Shown here piece after piece: positions 23,101 to 37,109 of a DNA stretch of 64,000 nt. The translations under genes were made by a program, and so were the position numbers. Below the pieces are notes generated by a model that searched no databases, was not told where the DNA came from, and worked only from the letters and a program-made list of their open reading frames with translations. Source of the DNA: Ylistrum balloti (Eukaryota); the NCBI RefSeq assembly GCF_031769215.1, contig NW_026782116.1:1612001-1676000 (forward strand), read 5' to 3'. How positions within the stretch are numbered: the first letter of the stretch is position 1; each line of letters opens with the position of its first letter.

Positions 23101-26100
23101 TGAGTGGCTAGTTCATCACAGATGTCAGAGAGCTTGGAATCAGCACTGACAGGAAGGGGAGTGACACTACGGGTAAAATAAACAACATCCACCTTATCCT
23201 CACTCTTCATAGTCATTGATGTCATGGCAGCCGCAGCAATGATATTGGACAGGACTTGCGTCCCTCGTACTGCTAGCTTTCCCTTGCTCACGCCTACCCG
23301 CACTGCCACTAAGTAACGTTTTTTCGTAGCCTCCATGTTTTTCTGTGAGAAAAGTAAGCATTAGAATGCTATGGTTCCTAAAACTGGCCAAACTGCTTAA
23401 AACCAACATCAAATCTTCCATCACTATGGAAACAGTGATCTGTAATGTCAACTTATTAAATGCTAAATACTTGAATAGAATTTCAACCAAATAAGAAAAT
23501 GAAGAATGTAAGGTACAAACAGAAATTGTCAGTTTATACACTCAAACATAGACACAATAACCTGTTCTAGTTTATCTGCTTAAAGAAACATTTCAGAAAC
23601 ATTAAATGTTGATCACTCCTTTTCCCTTACATTGATTGCACTGGTTTGATTAATCCATTGTGTAGTAAAGGATGATCAGTTACCTGCCAAACTGAAGGTT
23701 TTTCTTAAGGATCTTCAGATTGCTTTCTAGTTTCCATTGGGAAATAACAATATGAAGATCATTTTTCAAGAAATATCTGTATAAATGTATGGTGCTAAAC
23801 AAAGATTGACAAATTAAGTGAAAATTCCAATAAATAATCTAAACACATCAGAATAAAATATAGCAAGTATTTGTTGAAGAATCGTTTCATGTGATTGTAC
23901 CTTAATTGCAGAATCAAAGGCCGCGTCAAGGGCATGAACTATCTCCTCATTTCGTGACCACTTGGGCTTGCCCCCCTTGCCTTGTTCATATATTCTTGAG
24001 GCCAGAAGGACAGACAATGGGTCCACCCTATCCAAAAAAAGGAATTGCCAAAATTTATTCTATATTTTTTCATTTGGATAAACATTCACTTATACAACTT
24101 GAACAAATATTTTAATGAAATGTACACTTTGAATCTGAAACAAGTCTGTCTTAAAGTACTTAATTAGACAGTTCACCAGCAAGTCTACAAATCAAATTTT
24201 ACACCCAGTTAATCAATAATGAAAAGATTACCTCCCTTCCTTGAGAGCATCAACATCCTGCAGCTTCTCTACCAAAACTTTACTGGTTTCACATGAAGCT
24301 TCTAACAGCCCAACAGCTGCCAGTTTCCCAAAATACTGTAGTAATGTTGTCATAGGAATAACATTGATCAGGGCCCGCCAAACCTGTACAAAACAAAATA
24401 TCCATGTAATGTATTGAGCTCGTTTTAAGGAAAACCCCTGGTTTAACAACCGATTAAACAAGTGCAATGTTTATATTCATCATATTAAGTGCAATCATCA
24501 ACTACTTAACCAGGAATTGAACCCAGGACTTACAACCTCTAGCTTTGGTCTTGAAATTTATCCATTTCTGAGAATAGATAATGAAATATGACGAGAGTTA
24601 GTTATTTTCCAGAAGATTTCTGATCATACATTTGATTCCTATGATCTGTTGATAATAATGTCCATCTACAAATGTGCATTATGTAACGATCAATCTTGGC
24701 ATTTTAATGACATTGCTATCATTAAAGTTCACACAAAGAAAAAACCTAGTTAGATATAACAATTAACTCTAGTTTTTCTTCTAATTATTCAAGGCATCTA
24801 GACTATGTATCATCTCAGAGAAGGCTGTTCACACAACTGCAATAGTCATGTCCTGTCATGGCTTCCCTTAACAAAATACATGTAAATAGATAATGAAAGA
24901 AAGAAAAACACTTTATTTTTTCCAGTCATACATCATATATAATATAATATACATATATTATGTATACAATACACTGTATACTAAGCTAGGTTTCACTTTA
25001 AAACAATTGTTAATGATTGCAAATGTCTTGTTTAGTAGTGTCTTATCAAGTAAATAAGAGCCTTCCTATCGCTGAAGTAGGACTATGACGTCACACATCA
25101 TGTGACCTTGTTTGGCCTTCAAAATATGCATATTCACCAGACGAGGTAAAGGGGATGGGGCCAGCAGTCAACTTTGTGCCCAGAGAGACAGAATACCTTG
25201 GACTTCATACATTATTGCATCATTTCAGACAAAAATATAGAGATATGAAAATATGTCAGCAAAATTCTTTCAATGCATTTTTTCCATATGGACAAATTCC
25301 TATCAAACTGACTCATTTGGTAGGACCACAGAAATGAAATGACAATTATTTTATTGTAACAAACAAAATTTTTGCATCAAACAGTTTCATTATAGGTTTT
25401 ACTGTACCTCTTTAGAATTAAGGAGTTTGGTAGGTATACTCTCCAAACCAAATTTGTGTTTTTCAACCAGGCATGCCACCTGGTGGTCATCTGTGGAGTG
25501 TTTTATGGTATCCACGGTAACAAGATAATCCAGCACCTTCCGTACATCCTCAGAAGCTCCATCCTTGTCAAATTCTTTCTTAGCCTCGTCAATTCCTTTT
25601 ACTAGATATTTGAAGATAAGGCAGGTAGCTGAAAAGTTTCAAATGCAAACTTCAAATATATTTTAAAATTTTAAAATGAACTGATGATTCAAAAACCCAT
25701 TTTCAGTTACATAATGTGTATATTGTATTGTATGTATATACAGGGAACTTTTTTGCCGCTGTTTAATTTTGTCTGTTGTGCGTTTTCACAAAAAGGGAGA
25801 AATAAACAGTTGGGTGATAATATTTCCTGTTACAGCTGAAATGTTTATGTATTTTGATGTATTTAGTATACAAATTTCAAACATTGCAAAAATAAGAGTT
25901 TGATCTGAGGTCGAAAGATATCCATGACTAAGAATATATACAGATACAAATCTATGTGCAAAAAGGATATTTTCCTGAACACATAGATAGAAATGATAGG
26001 ATCATACAATACTAAAAATTAACATGTACAATACCAAAGATTTTATCATACAAGTCAGAAACTTTTCAAACAATCTAAATTGGTGTTATTCTCACTCTCT

Positions 26101-29100
26101 ATCTCTTTCCTTGGTAACATCACAATGCCATGAAGCTATGAAGTCATAAAGGAAACAATGGGAGCCTTCAAACAATCACAGGTTTGCCGGGTCATATTAA
26201 TGTGTGTTGTGGCAGGCAGTGAATAACACAAAAGTCATGTGATGGGTGCATGTTGTAATATGGATAACAAGGTAGCTATGTGATAGAATTTAACGTGACA
26301 CAAGCATTTAGGTAAGTGTCATATCAAGTCATTGGAAAATTTAATAAAGTTAATATGACACAGACATCAATAAACAAAACACATATAATCAACTTATAAA
26401 AGCTTCAGATTTTAACAATGCTGTGATGTCATCCTTTAATGATATCAAAAAGATGATGTCATAGTGGTTCTATTATACATGTATCATACTGGACAGAATA
26501 AGTTTGATAAGTAATATCGTATATGAATATTGTAGAGAATAAATCTATTTTTATCATAAAGTGCGCAAAAGATTTTTTGAAAACATGCAAATGTTATTCA
26601 ATACCAACTGTTTTCTAGAGGAAATTCTTCATCACTTTTCAACACAGGCCAACTCATATAAACCAAAAAATGGTACTGCACTCAGATGCTGTTTCTATTT
26701 ATATGATAAAAATACTGTTTATATTTATATATTTACAAGTTCAGTATCAGTCTACACTAGAGTACACCAATGTTAACATTCACGACCCAGACATTAGTCC
26801 TATATTATAAGTTTCACTATATTCATTTCTGAAGTGGAGGCCCATTTCTGATTCATCAACAAGACACCCCTCCCTCTAGCCCATGTTCTTAAGTGTAGTA
26901 TACAGAGGCCTCATCTAACTACAACCATATGCTGGATAACTCTGTAACCTCACAACAGTTGAACATCGCAGCAGACAAGAATTCTTACGTTTTTTCTTCT
27001 ATGGTGATTTTTAGGTTTTTTTTAAACATATCTTTTCTGCGCTGTGTATACTACAGACAGATGGTAATTCCTTTTCTAAAGAGAAGTCATCACAAGTACA
27101 CAGTAAAAACCATAACCTGTTTCTTTAAAATCTTAGGCATGCAGCTGTTTTCTAGCTAACTTCATAATTTATATTTTCCAATATCATGCCATGTAGCTGG
27201 TTTACATATTGATACCAAGATTGACCGAGGATGCCTCCAATGTTAGAGCATCTTAATCTAAATTCAAGTACCAAGGTGTGTGGTTCAAACTCTTCCTGAG
27301 GCAGATTGTGTTTTTTGGGAAGTTAAGATCACAAATTGTCCTGTGCTGTTGTGTCCTTGAGCAAGGCAATTTATACAAATTGCTCTCATTACACGTTGTG
27401 AGATATCTGCAAGGTATTCAGTAAGGTATCCATCTACTACTTAAAGGAGACTTGGCTTAATAATGATCCTGACTGTTCAAGCCCAAACAACAAAACATGT
27501 CTTTCATCAGAGGCCAAGTATCTGTTGCCATTTTATCAAACCCAGTTAGAAGATAAGGAGAGGCCATAAGCCAGCATATGCATGACTTTAATTAAACATT
27601 ATATATCAGTCCAGTGTCAGACGAGTATGCCATGGACTCAACATTAATTCCATTGAGAGGCCATGGTGTCCATGTTATATCATATCCATTGAGAGGCCAT
27701 GGTGTCCATGTTTTATCATATCTATTGAGAGGCCATGGTGTCCATGTTATATCATATCCATTGAGAGGCCATGGTGTCCATGTTATATCATATCCGTTGA
27801 GAGGCCAGGTGTCCATGTTATATCATATCCATTGAGAGGCCAGGTGTCCATGTTATATCATATCCATTGAGAGGCCAGGTGTCCATGTTATATCATATCC
27901 ATTGAGAGGCCAGGTGTCCATGTTATATCATATCCATTGAGAGGCTAGGTGTCCATGTTATATCATATCCATTGAGAGGCCATGGTATCCATGTTATTTA
28001 CTATCTATTGAGAGGCTACAGTGTCCATCTTTTTCCATATCCAGTGAGAAGCATGAGTGTCATGTTCTATTATATCCAAAGAGAGGTTAGGTTGACCATG
28101 TTATATCATATCCAGTGAGAGGTCCGGATGATAATATCATATCAAGTGGCAGGCCAGTATGTTCATGTTATATAATATCCAGTAAGTGGCCTATGTGTCA
28201 TGCTATATGATATCCAATGAGAGGCATGTATGTCCATGTTATATCATATACAACTAGAGGTCAAGGGGTCCATGTTATATCATCATGTGGGATGCCAGGA
28301 TGTCATGCTATATCACATCAAGTGAGGCACAAGGATGTTATGTTATATCATAACCAGTGAGAGGCCAGGGCATTCATCTTACATCAGATAATACATTTGT
28401 TGTCAAACAAGAATTAGCAAGCTTGTGACGTCATACGATGGAATGTCATATCATCACTTGATAAAGGAAAGTTATCTTGTGTTACCATTTTTTTGTCCAT
28501 TCAAGCAAGACAAAGTGCACAGAATGTTGAATTCATAGAAACATTTCACACAAAAAATGATTCACATCCTGTGGTTATAAGATAAACAAATATTTTAAGT
28601 TGTGGCTAAGTATTGCTATACAGTTAGCAAATCAATAAAAAGTTGGACCTTTTTCATTCTTTCTCTTGTATTTGCCTTTTATTTTGAATTCCTCTTAAGA
28701 AAGAGCAATAATAAATTTAAACTGCCAAATCCAAGATGGCTGCCTGTCAGCCATTTGTTTTTTCTGATCAGTCACATAATCAAACAGGCACCATAAAGGA
28801 CCAAGGGGGCCCTACTAATGAAATTTCAGAATGACCAATATCTAGTAAATCTCAAGAAATAGAATTAACAAAAAATCTGTCAGTGATTATAAATAAACAG
28901 AACATTATATCTTTTAAATTGTCACATTCGTAAAGTCTGCCAAATTATCCTCTGATAGTGATAGACAATGTACCTCACATCTCCAAGGGTGTGACAGAGA
29001 GCCAGGTGTTCAGTCATCATCTGGTAGTGATAGACAATGTACCTCACATCTCCAAGGGTGTGACAGTCAGAGCCTGCTAAGTCATCATCTGGTAGTGATA

Positions 29101-32100
29101 GACAATGTACCTCACATCTCCAAGGGTGTGACAGTTAGAGCCTGCTCATTCATCATCTGGTAGTGATAGACAATGTACCTCACATCTCCAAGGGTGTGAC
29201 AGTCAGAACCTGGTGTTCAGTCATCATCTGGTAGTGATAGACAATGTACCTCACATCTCCAAGGGTGTGACAGTCAGAGTCTGATGTTCAGTCATCATCT
29301 GGTAGTGAAAGACAATGTACCTCACATCTCTAAGGGTGTGACAGTCAGAGCCTGCTCAGTCATCATCTGGTAGTGATAGACAATGTACCTCACATCTCCA
29401 AGGGTGTGACAGTTAGAGCCTGCTCAGTCATCATCTGGTAGTGATAGACAATGTACCTCACATCTCCAAGGGTGTGACAGTCAGAACCTGCTCAGTCATC
29501 ATCTGGTAGTGATAGACAATGTACCTCACATCTCCAAGGGTGTGACAGTCAGAGCCTGCTCAGTCATCATCTGGTAGTGATAGACAATGTACCTCACATC
29601 TCCAAGGGTGTGACAGAGAGAGCCTGCTCAGTCATTCCCTGGTATCTAGTGATACATAATGCAACTTAAATCTCTCAGGATGTAACAAGGAGAGCCAGCA
29701 GTTTAGTCAACACCTGGGATTGATAAGATATTGTAACTTTCATCTCCCCTAGCTGAAACAGTGACAGCCTGCAATTAAGTCAACTTGAGGCAAAGATATA
29801 TGTGACAGTGCGAGCCTGTAGCCCAGTTAGCTCCTGGTAATGATAGACATTGTAACTTACATCTCCAAGGATGTGACAGTGAGAGCCTGTAGCTCAGTTA
29901 GCTCCTGGTAATGATAGACATTGTAACTTACATCTCCCAGGATGTGACAGTGAGAGCCTGTAGCTCGGTTAGCTCCTAGTAATGATAGACATTGTAACTT
30001 ACATCTCCCAGGATGTGACAGTGAGAGCCAGTAGTTCAGTCATCCCCTGGCAGTGATAAACTTTGTAAAATCTCCAAGGATGTGACAGTGAAAATCATTT
30101 GCGAGTACATCATTTTGCCAATGTTGATCAAGAAATTACTTTGAAGTCGTGAAGATGAGCTATTTGAGACATAAACTCTGGAAAACTCCCATATAATCCA
30201 CTTATAGCTTTATATTGGCCATTTTGTTTATGAGAATCATGTTACTATACCTGAAAAGTGATTTAGTCATGTGACACATAACCAGATCTGTACTTAGACA
30301 AAAGAAGTGAATGGGAACACTTCATACACTTTTCGGTTTAAAGAGTGGAGTTGTTTTCAGGGTAAGATGACAGGACTTCGATAGACTAGACAAATTGTGC
30401 AGTGTTTTAAGTTACTCTTTGCATCATGTTTATACTATTTATACTGTAAATGTCCAAGCAATAATGACTTTAACTGTTTATTTTGAAAATCAATAAAACT
30501 GATATTTTGCATGTTAATCTCTGTTACTGTTCATACCTTAGCACCTTTCCACCAAAATAATTGCATCAAGCATTTATGTTTTTATCTATGTGGCACACCT
30601 GCACAACCTCTGACCTATAGCTGTACATTTTGAATGACAACATTTTTTGGGGTGTCATTTGAAAGTTCAGAGTTCTGAAGATTTCTGAATATGAAAGTAA
30701 TATATATCTAGTAGATTTGATTGTGATACTATGATAAGGTATATATAAATTCAACAGAAGTGTAAATGAAAACAAATTAACAATGGAATAACAAGGGCAT
30801 CTTCAAGGGATTTGTACAAATAAATGAAATCAGTGACTTTCCTCGTGTATTAACATGAAAATAAATACCAAGTGAAATATCAGTGATTTACAGTAATCTC
30901 TTTGTCTTGCTACAAAATGTCACACATGGAACCTTCAATTCTGCCATGACATGTTCAAGGTAATGAGAGAGCGAAAGTGATTGTAATCTCTGGAGTATCC
31001 TGGAGCCTGCAGCTCAGTCAACACCTGGTGGTGACAGACATTGTAAAATCTTCAAAAAAGTGACAGTTAGAGATTGCTCAGTCAGTCTCTTGTTATATAT
31101 ACATAGAACCTGGTTTATTATCTCCTTTGAAAGTAAGTACTCTGTTGGATTTATTTTCACTTATGATGAATTTATACCTTATGATGGATCCACCCCCAGT
31201 TATCATTCCTAAGAATTTTAAATATTGAACTTTAATGAATGTTTTGTTGGTATCAAATGTTTTGCTTATTTAGTGATGTAAACAAAAATGGCAAAAATAT
31301 ACTTTTGTCCATTTTGTGTGTACCAGTTTTACATCTTACTGTTTAGTTTTGATTCAGATGATGCCTTTCAATTGCAATTAATTAACAATTTTGATCATTA
31401 AATTGTAAACTAGCAGTAGTTACCTTGTTAATACATTAACGTATTGTCATGATTTTCAGAGGTGATGAGGAATAGGACTTGAACAAACAAATGCAAACAG
31501 TAACATTTTTATCAAGATTTTCACAAAAATAGATCATTTTATACTTTTCAAAAGTTCTCAACTGTCCTTGATAGACATTTTCTACCACAAATATATGTTG
31601 TTACTAACAGCTGAAAATTAAAACAAATGGTCTTTATTTGTATATACATGTGCATTAAGAACCATAGAAGTAAAACTTTTCAGACAGACCCTTCTGGCAA
31701 AGAGGAAGTTGTGTCCATTTACAGCAAGTAGAATGTGATGCATACTGACAACTTAACAGTGATAGCTAGTGAACAGCTGCGTACCAGAAGTGGTACCCAG
31801 GCAAGATTACATCAATGGAAGTATAATGCTCTGTAGAACAGTGGAATCAATACGGAGATAAAAATACAGCAGTCCTATAAACAATCACTCTAAGGCTTCT
31901 AAATCATTTACACTGTGCATCACAACAAATACATATTTGTGATTTAAACAGTTTTCCAAATCAAAATTTTGAGTTAACACAACATATATATAAATAAAGA
32001 AAAAGAGAATGTTGAAAACTTGATCCACAGTTTTCTGTTGATCCCATCAAAGCTTTATTTACAATTTCAATTCATCTACAGATTCTCATGTAAGATGTAT

Positions 32101-35100
32101 CTATTTATGTTTATTGTAGAATGATTATGATAGGTATATCCTTTATTTCAGCTGATATAATATAAGACAATCCAGGTTTTCAGTTTGCTTCTTCCTGAGA
32201 TACACAAACTAGCCCAGCATATACCTATTAGTCTAAAGGTCAAACCTCTAAACAAACTTCAATATCAAACATGTAGAAAGTTTGTTGGTTTACTATTATT
32301 TTGTTATGTCCTATTAACAGCCAGGGTCATTTAAGGACATGCCAGGGTTGGGTGGTGGAGGAAAGCTGGAGATCCTACCTGCGGCCAGTACCTGGCAACT
32401 GCCCCACATAGATCTCGAACCCACAACCAAGAGGTAGAGGTCAGACACTTTAACCACTCGATCACAACAGCCCCATACATGTACAAAGGAATGTCACTCT
32501 GAATATGGGACATTCTGTTAACCTTTGACTTTTGGCAATTACAGAAGTCAAATAAAAAAGGGGCAATACATAAATGAAACAGACATGCCCTTTCCTATTT
32601 GAGAGTGAACGCTCATTTATGGGAGTTAAAAACAGTACATTTAATTTTGAGCAGAACAAATTGCATGTTCGCTGAGCTAATGGGGCCATGAATGGCAAAC
32701 AGACAAATGCTGATCTGGAAGAATTTGACAAGGGGAGATAATTACAACAAGAATTTAAATTCTGCCAATAACTCAGCACTGTCCAACATGATACAAACTC
32801 AATTCAGTTAAATGATAACTAAAGGGTCTTATATTCTGCTATGTGTGTATTAATGTGTGGCCACTGATGTTCTCAATATAAGGTACCGATTGATGACTTA
32901 TCATGTCATCAGTAACCTATTTAATCCTGGGACTGCGATATTCCTGTACATAAAATATCTTTTCAATAATGATAGTAAATGCATTTAATCAACAAAAAAT
33001 ACTTGTATAAGGTGTCCAGTGTTATATGCAGGTCCATCACACAAAAGTTTAACTGTGCATTAAATCATGCTGATATTAAACTTACACAGTTAAGCTATGC
33101 CACAGTTGATCTGTACATGTGCATAGCTCCATGGAAGGCAGTAATACCTCCCATGCTTTATGAAGTACATGTGTTGGACCAACAAGCCTGTGTTTCTGAT
33201 ACAACAGTACAGATATATATATACATGTATGTAGAATCAACAGTGGAATCTACAACACATTCACAGACACCCAGTAAACTATATTTACAAGTTACAATTC
33301 AGATACAGCAAGGATTTTAATGTAAATATCAGTTGAAATATTATAGTTAATCAAAATCTGAAGTGGATTTAAATGTCAACTAATGATCTACTATATGTAC
33401 TTAAAAGATTTCAATTTTCAGGTTTTTTAAAATAAATACTGTTATATCATACAAGTTTTTTCTACAATTATTTGGTAAATGAGTCACAACAGCTACATAT
33501 ACTACTCTAGACAGCATAACACACATGTGATGAAACAAACAAAATTATATAACATTGTATTCTGTGAAAATTGAAAGTGATGAAGTGAAAATTACAAATG
33601 GAATCAACAGTACATTGTTCACCATTTTTGTTAAATCAAATCTTAAATGTAATAAAGTGTCCTAGTATGTGATTGTAGCATCATAACATCATGTTTACAG
33701 CACATAGATGTACATCTGATGTAACTGTAGAATGTGCACAATCCTATCATGTAACTGCATCACACCCTCCTTTGATATGACTGTAGTAATCCATCCCTTA
33801 ATGTGTATGTAGTACACTTTTATATGCGACTTGTACATTCCTATAATGTGACTGAAGTACACCTCTATGATGTGACTTAAGTACACCCCAATGATGTGAC
33901 TTAAGTACACCCCTATGATGTGACTTGTACTCCTATAATGTGACTGTAGTACACCCCTATGATGTGACTGTTATACTCCTATAATGTGACTGAAGTACAC
34001 CCCAATGATGTGACTGTTGTACACCCCTATGATGTAACTGAAGTACATCCCTATGATGTGACTTATACTCCTGTGATGTAACTGAAGTACACCCCTATGA
34101 TGTGACTGAAGTACATCCCTACAATGTGACTGAAGAACACCCCTTTGATGTGACTTGTACCCCTATAATGTAACTGTTGTACTCCTGTGATGTAACTGAA
34201 GTACACCCCTATGATATGACTGAAGTACACCCCTATGATATGACTGAAGTACACCTGTATGATGTGACTGTTGTACTCCTGTAATGTGACTGAAGTACAC
34301 CCCTATGATGTGACTAGTACACCCTCCTTTCATGTGACTGTTGTACATCCTTGACATACACCCCTATGATGTGACTAGTACACCCTCCTTTCATGTGACT
34401 GTTGTACATCCTTATGACATACACCCCTATGATGTGACTAGTACACCCTCCTTTCATGTGACTGTTGTACATCCTTATGACATACACCCCTATGATGTGA
34501 CTAGTACACCCTCCTTTCATGTGATTGTTGTACAGCCTTATGACATACACCCCTATGATGTGACTAGTACACCCTCCTTTCATGTGACTGTTGTACAGCC
34601 TTATGACATACACCCCTATGATGTGACTAGTAAACCCTCCTTTCATGTGACTGTTGTACATCCTTATGACATACACCCCTATGATGTGACTAGTACACCT
34701 GCTATTCATATGACTGTTGTACATCCTTATGACATGACTGTAGTAAACCCTCCTTTCATGGGAATGTTGTACATCCCTTAGATGTGACTGAGCGCACTCT
34801 CCTTTCATTCAACTGTAATATAACCTTACATAATGCAGCTGTGGTACAATTTCCTATGATGTGACTGTAGTACATTTTCCCTTGATGTGACTGCAGCACA
34901 CCCTCCATATATGGCTGTAGTCCACCACCCTTTGATATGACCAAAGCAGTTTCCTGTGATGTGACCGTAGTACATTCTTCTTTGATGTGACTGTATTACA
35001 CACCTTGGATATGACTGCAGCACATCCTGTTTTAGTGACTTACGCTCACCTTCTTTTGATGTGACCAAACTATTCTCTTATGATGTGACAGTAGGTATAC

Positions 35101-37092
35101 CCTCCAATGATGTACACAACCATGGTATATCATCCTGAAAATTACTTTTATACATCCTCCTATGATGTGACTGTGGTACACTGTCCTATGATACACTCCT
35201 AAAACTGTTGTACACCCTCCTATGATGTGACTGTGTATGTTGTGGTACATACACTCCGGTGACTGTAGTATACCCTCCTATAGTGTGTACTAGTACCTAA
35301 CTGGCCCACATCGTAGGTATTCAGCCTTCACACAACTTTTACACTAGACTACCAACCCAGACAATTATGTTCACATTCATCTCATACCAATTGCATAATT
35401 CTCTACAACTCAAGCTAACATATTCAATAGAGAAAAGGAAAATTGCAAGCCAGCAACAATCGCACTCTAACTTTTACATTTTTTTTATTTCTATTTCACA
35501 CTTAAGTTATATTCTTAAGAGCATTTGATGCAGAATAATAGTTACAATCTGACACTTAGGCATATTGTACAAATAAAATGTTTCACTCCTTTCTATTGAT
35601 ATCTAATCCTGACATATTTTAATTACACAAACTAAATTCACAATGGCATCCTATTTACTGTTTGCTAATCATAAGTGTCCTGAATAAAAACTAAAACTAG
35701 AAAACAAATTTGGCACTTGAATGTTCCAGCAATTGAACTGAACAGTATTGCATCTCATGCATCTCTTTATAAAAAGCTTTCTTTATTTCAGCAAAATCTG
35801 ATTCCATGACAGTTTTATAATGTGTAGCAGACAGTGCCAAAAATGAATCATATCAAATAAATTTATATGGTAAGAAGATGGGTTCATGCACTCTTTCAAT
35901 GAAGTAACCCTGGTAACTCTTAGTCATAATAAACCACTCAGCTAGAGATTTTCTCTAAAATTTGACAGGTTGAGTGTACGAAAAGTAAGCCTGTGGTCCT
36001 AGATTTAAATGCAATCAGAGGCAATAAAATAAAAAGGCCTATGTTATAGTGACATTCATGTTGGGATTGTGGTAATGATACTTGGTGTTACTTTCACAAG
36101 CATTGTTGTGACCCCTGGAAACTTGAAAACATGTTCTTTCCTGCTGAGGGAGTATATGCTAACCCCAATATAATGCCTGGCTAGAGAGAGCATTGGGCAA
36201 AAGACTAGTATGTCAGTGGTCCTGGATTTGAATCCTTGCAGAGGCATTGTAATAAACAAGCTTCTGTAACTACACATAACAATTTACATAAATATCCAAT
36301 GTAGTCATTTTCTATATGTGTACTTGGTTGTGTAGATTTGAATACATATAGAAGTATTTGTTGTAAAATTTGATATAACATTTTCAACAAATCTTGGAAT
36401 ATCTTGTTTCTATAATTTCTGTACAAAAACTGCTTCAAAAGTTGAATCAGATGAACAAGTTTTGTATGCTTCTGATTACAGTTTTAAAGCTGAATACAGA
36501 AAAATCTTGGCTTAAAAACGACAACAGAGCATGAAAACAACAACACAGCAGTCAATCACTCTAAAATATTTTTCAACTTACCATCACTTGCCCCTTTTAT
36601 ATGACCAAGACGTAACACATCCCTATGTGTCCAGCCACAGTAGCTAATCTGGCGTGTAACACTCTCTGCCAAACTTAGTGGTGTTTGTTGATTATACCAT
36701 TGGCTGACTGCATGTTTTAGGGACCTACCCCATCCTCTAGTATTTTCTGTCAATGATTTTTGATAACTTAAAAACTGAAATAATTCCCTTGGAGATTTAC
36801 ATATCTTTAGGAATGTTTGATATGCTTGTTGTTTTATATCTTTATCTGTAGACTTTGCACATAGTGCCACAGTGAACAGCAATGTGTCTTTTTTCACTGA
36901 ATTTCTCTCTGTGTGACATTTTAAAACTTCCGTCAAAATCTCTTTTCCTTTGTGATCATTGAGCAACTCCGTTAAAAATTGTGTTTTTTCGGTTGTACAA
37001 CAATTCCCGATAACTTTATACACTGCTCCATCAGTACATAAATGAAGAAATCTTTTGAATGCATCAAAGTTGCACATTTCTGGCGAAGCCAT
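20162..37092 (-). CDS. RO60: Ro60/TROVE2-like protein, about 529 aa. Exons 37092-36582, 25628-25408, 24383-24232, 24027-23901, 23342-23070, 22373-22201, 20294-20162
   Basis: Seven GT-AG exons sum to 1590 nt in one frame. TROVE motifs: GWGRSLKHAVSQWY, GWTHRDVLRLGH, VWRALI..PMTTLL...GKL, ALDAAF. vWA motifs: DVFLILTDN, GMLDIAGFD. An acceptor at 37110 implies an upstream non-coding exon. Confidence 0.9.
20440..22070. repeat. 32-bp minisatellite (about 50 units) filling RO60 intron 6
   Basis: Unit CATGTATTCCCTACAGAGAGAAAGTGTTTATA, degenerating at both edges. Confidence 0.95.
27225..27495 (+). mobile_element. Degenerate CORE-type tRNA SINE
   Basis: B-box-like GGTTCAAACTC, CORE-like TGTGTCCTTGAGCAAGGCA, and a tail AATGATCCTGACTGTT...AAACAACAAAAC. 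Confidence 0.6.
27645..28375. repeat. 35-36-bp minisatellite in RO60 intron 1
   Basis: Unit CCATTGAGAGGCCATGGTGTCCATGTTATATCATAT; homogeneous to about 27990, then progressively diverged. Confidence 0.9.
28720..28870 (+). mobile_element. Fragment of a bivalve-type interspersed repeat
   Basis: AAATCCAAGATGGCTGCCTGTCAGCCATTT...ATGAAATTTCAG resembles a common bivalve HINE-like internal block (recalled). Confidence 0.4.
28950..30100. repeat. 68-71-bp minisatellite (two subtypes) in RO60 intron 1; a stray unit at about 31000-31090
   Basis: Unit TGGTAGTGATAGACAATGTACCTCACATCTCCAAGGGTGTGACAGTCAGAGCCTGCTCAGTCATCATC about 10 times, then a related 71-bp variant. Confidence 0.9.
32295..32474 (-). mobile_element. 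tRNA-derived SINE
   Basis: On the minus strand: GGGGCTGTTGTGATCGAGTGGTTAAAG (A box), GGGTTCGAGATC (B box), and tail CCTGGCATGTCCTTAAATGACCCTGGCTGTTAATAGGAC plus (AAT)n. Confidence 0.75.
33750..35290. repeat. Complex minisatellite with a 24-27-bp monomer and a 63-bp higher-order block (about 34310-34740)
   Basis: Core GTACACCCCTATGATGTGACT; the 63-bp unit produces the repeated HPYDVTSTPSFHVTVV ORF. Confidence 0.9.
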
Positions 37093-37109
37093 GGTCACCG
37101 AACTTCCTC

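Noticed and set aside
28950-29640. CRISPR-like appearance of regularly spaced repeats
   Set aside because: Units are contiguous with no unique spacers, no cas genes, and a eukaryotic intron context.
33695-35250. Repetitive ORFs including HPYDV (HA-tag-like)
   Set aside because: Minisatellite translation; the epitope resemblance is coincidental.
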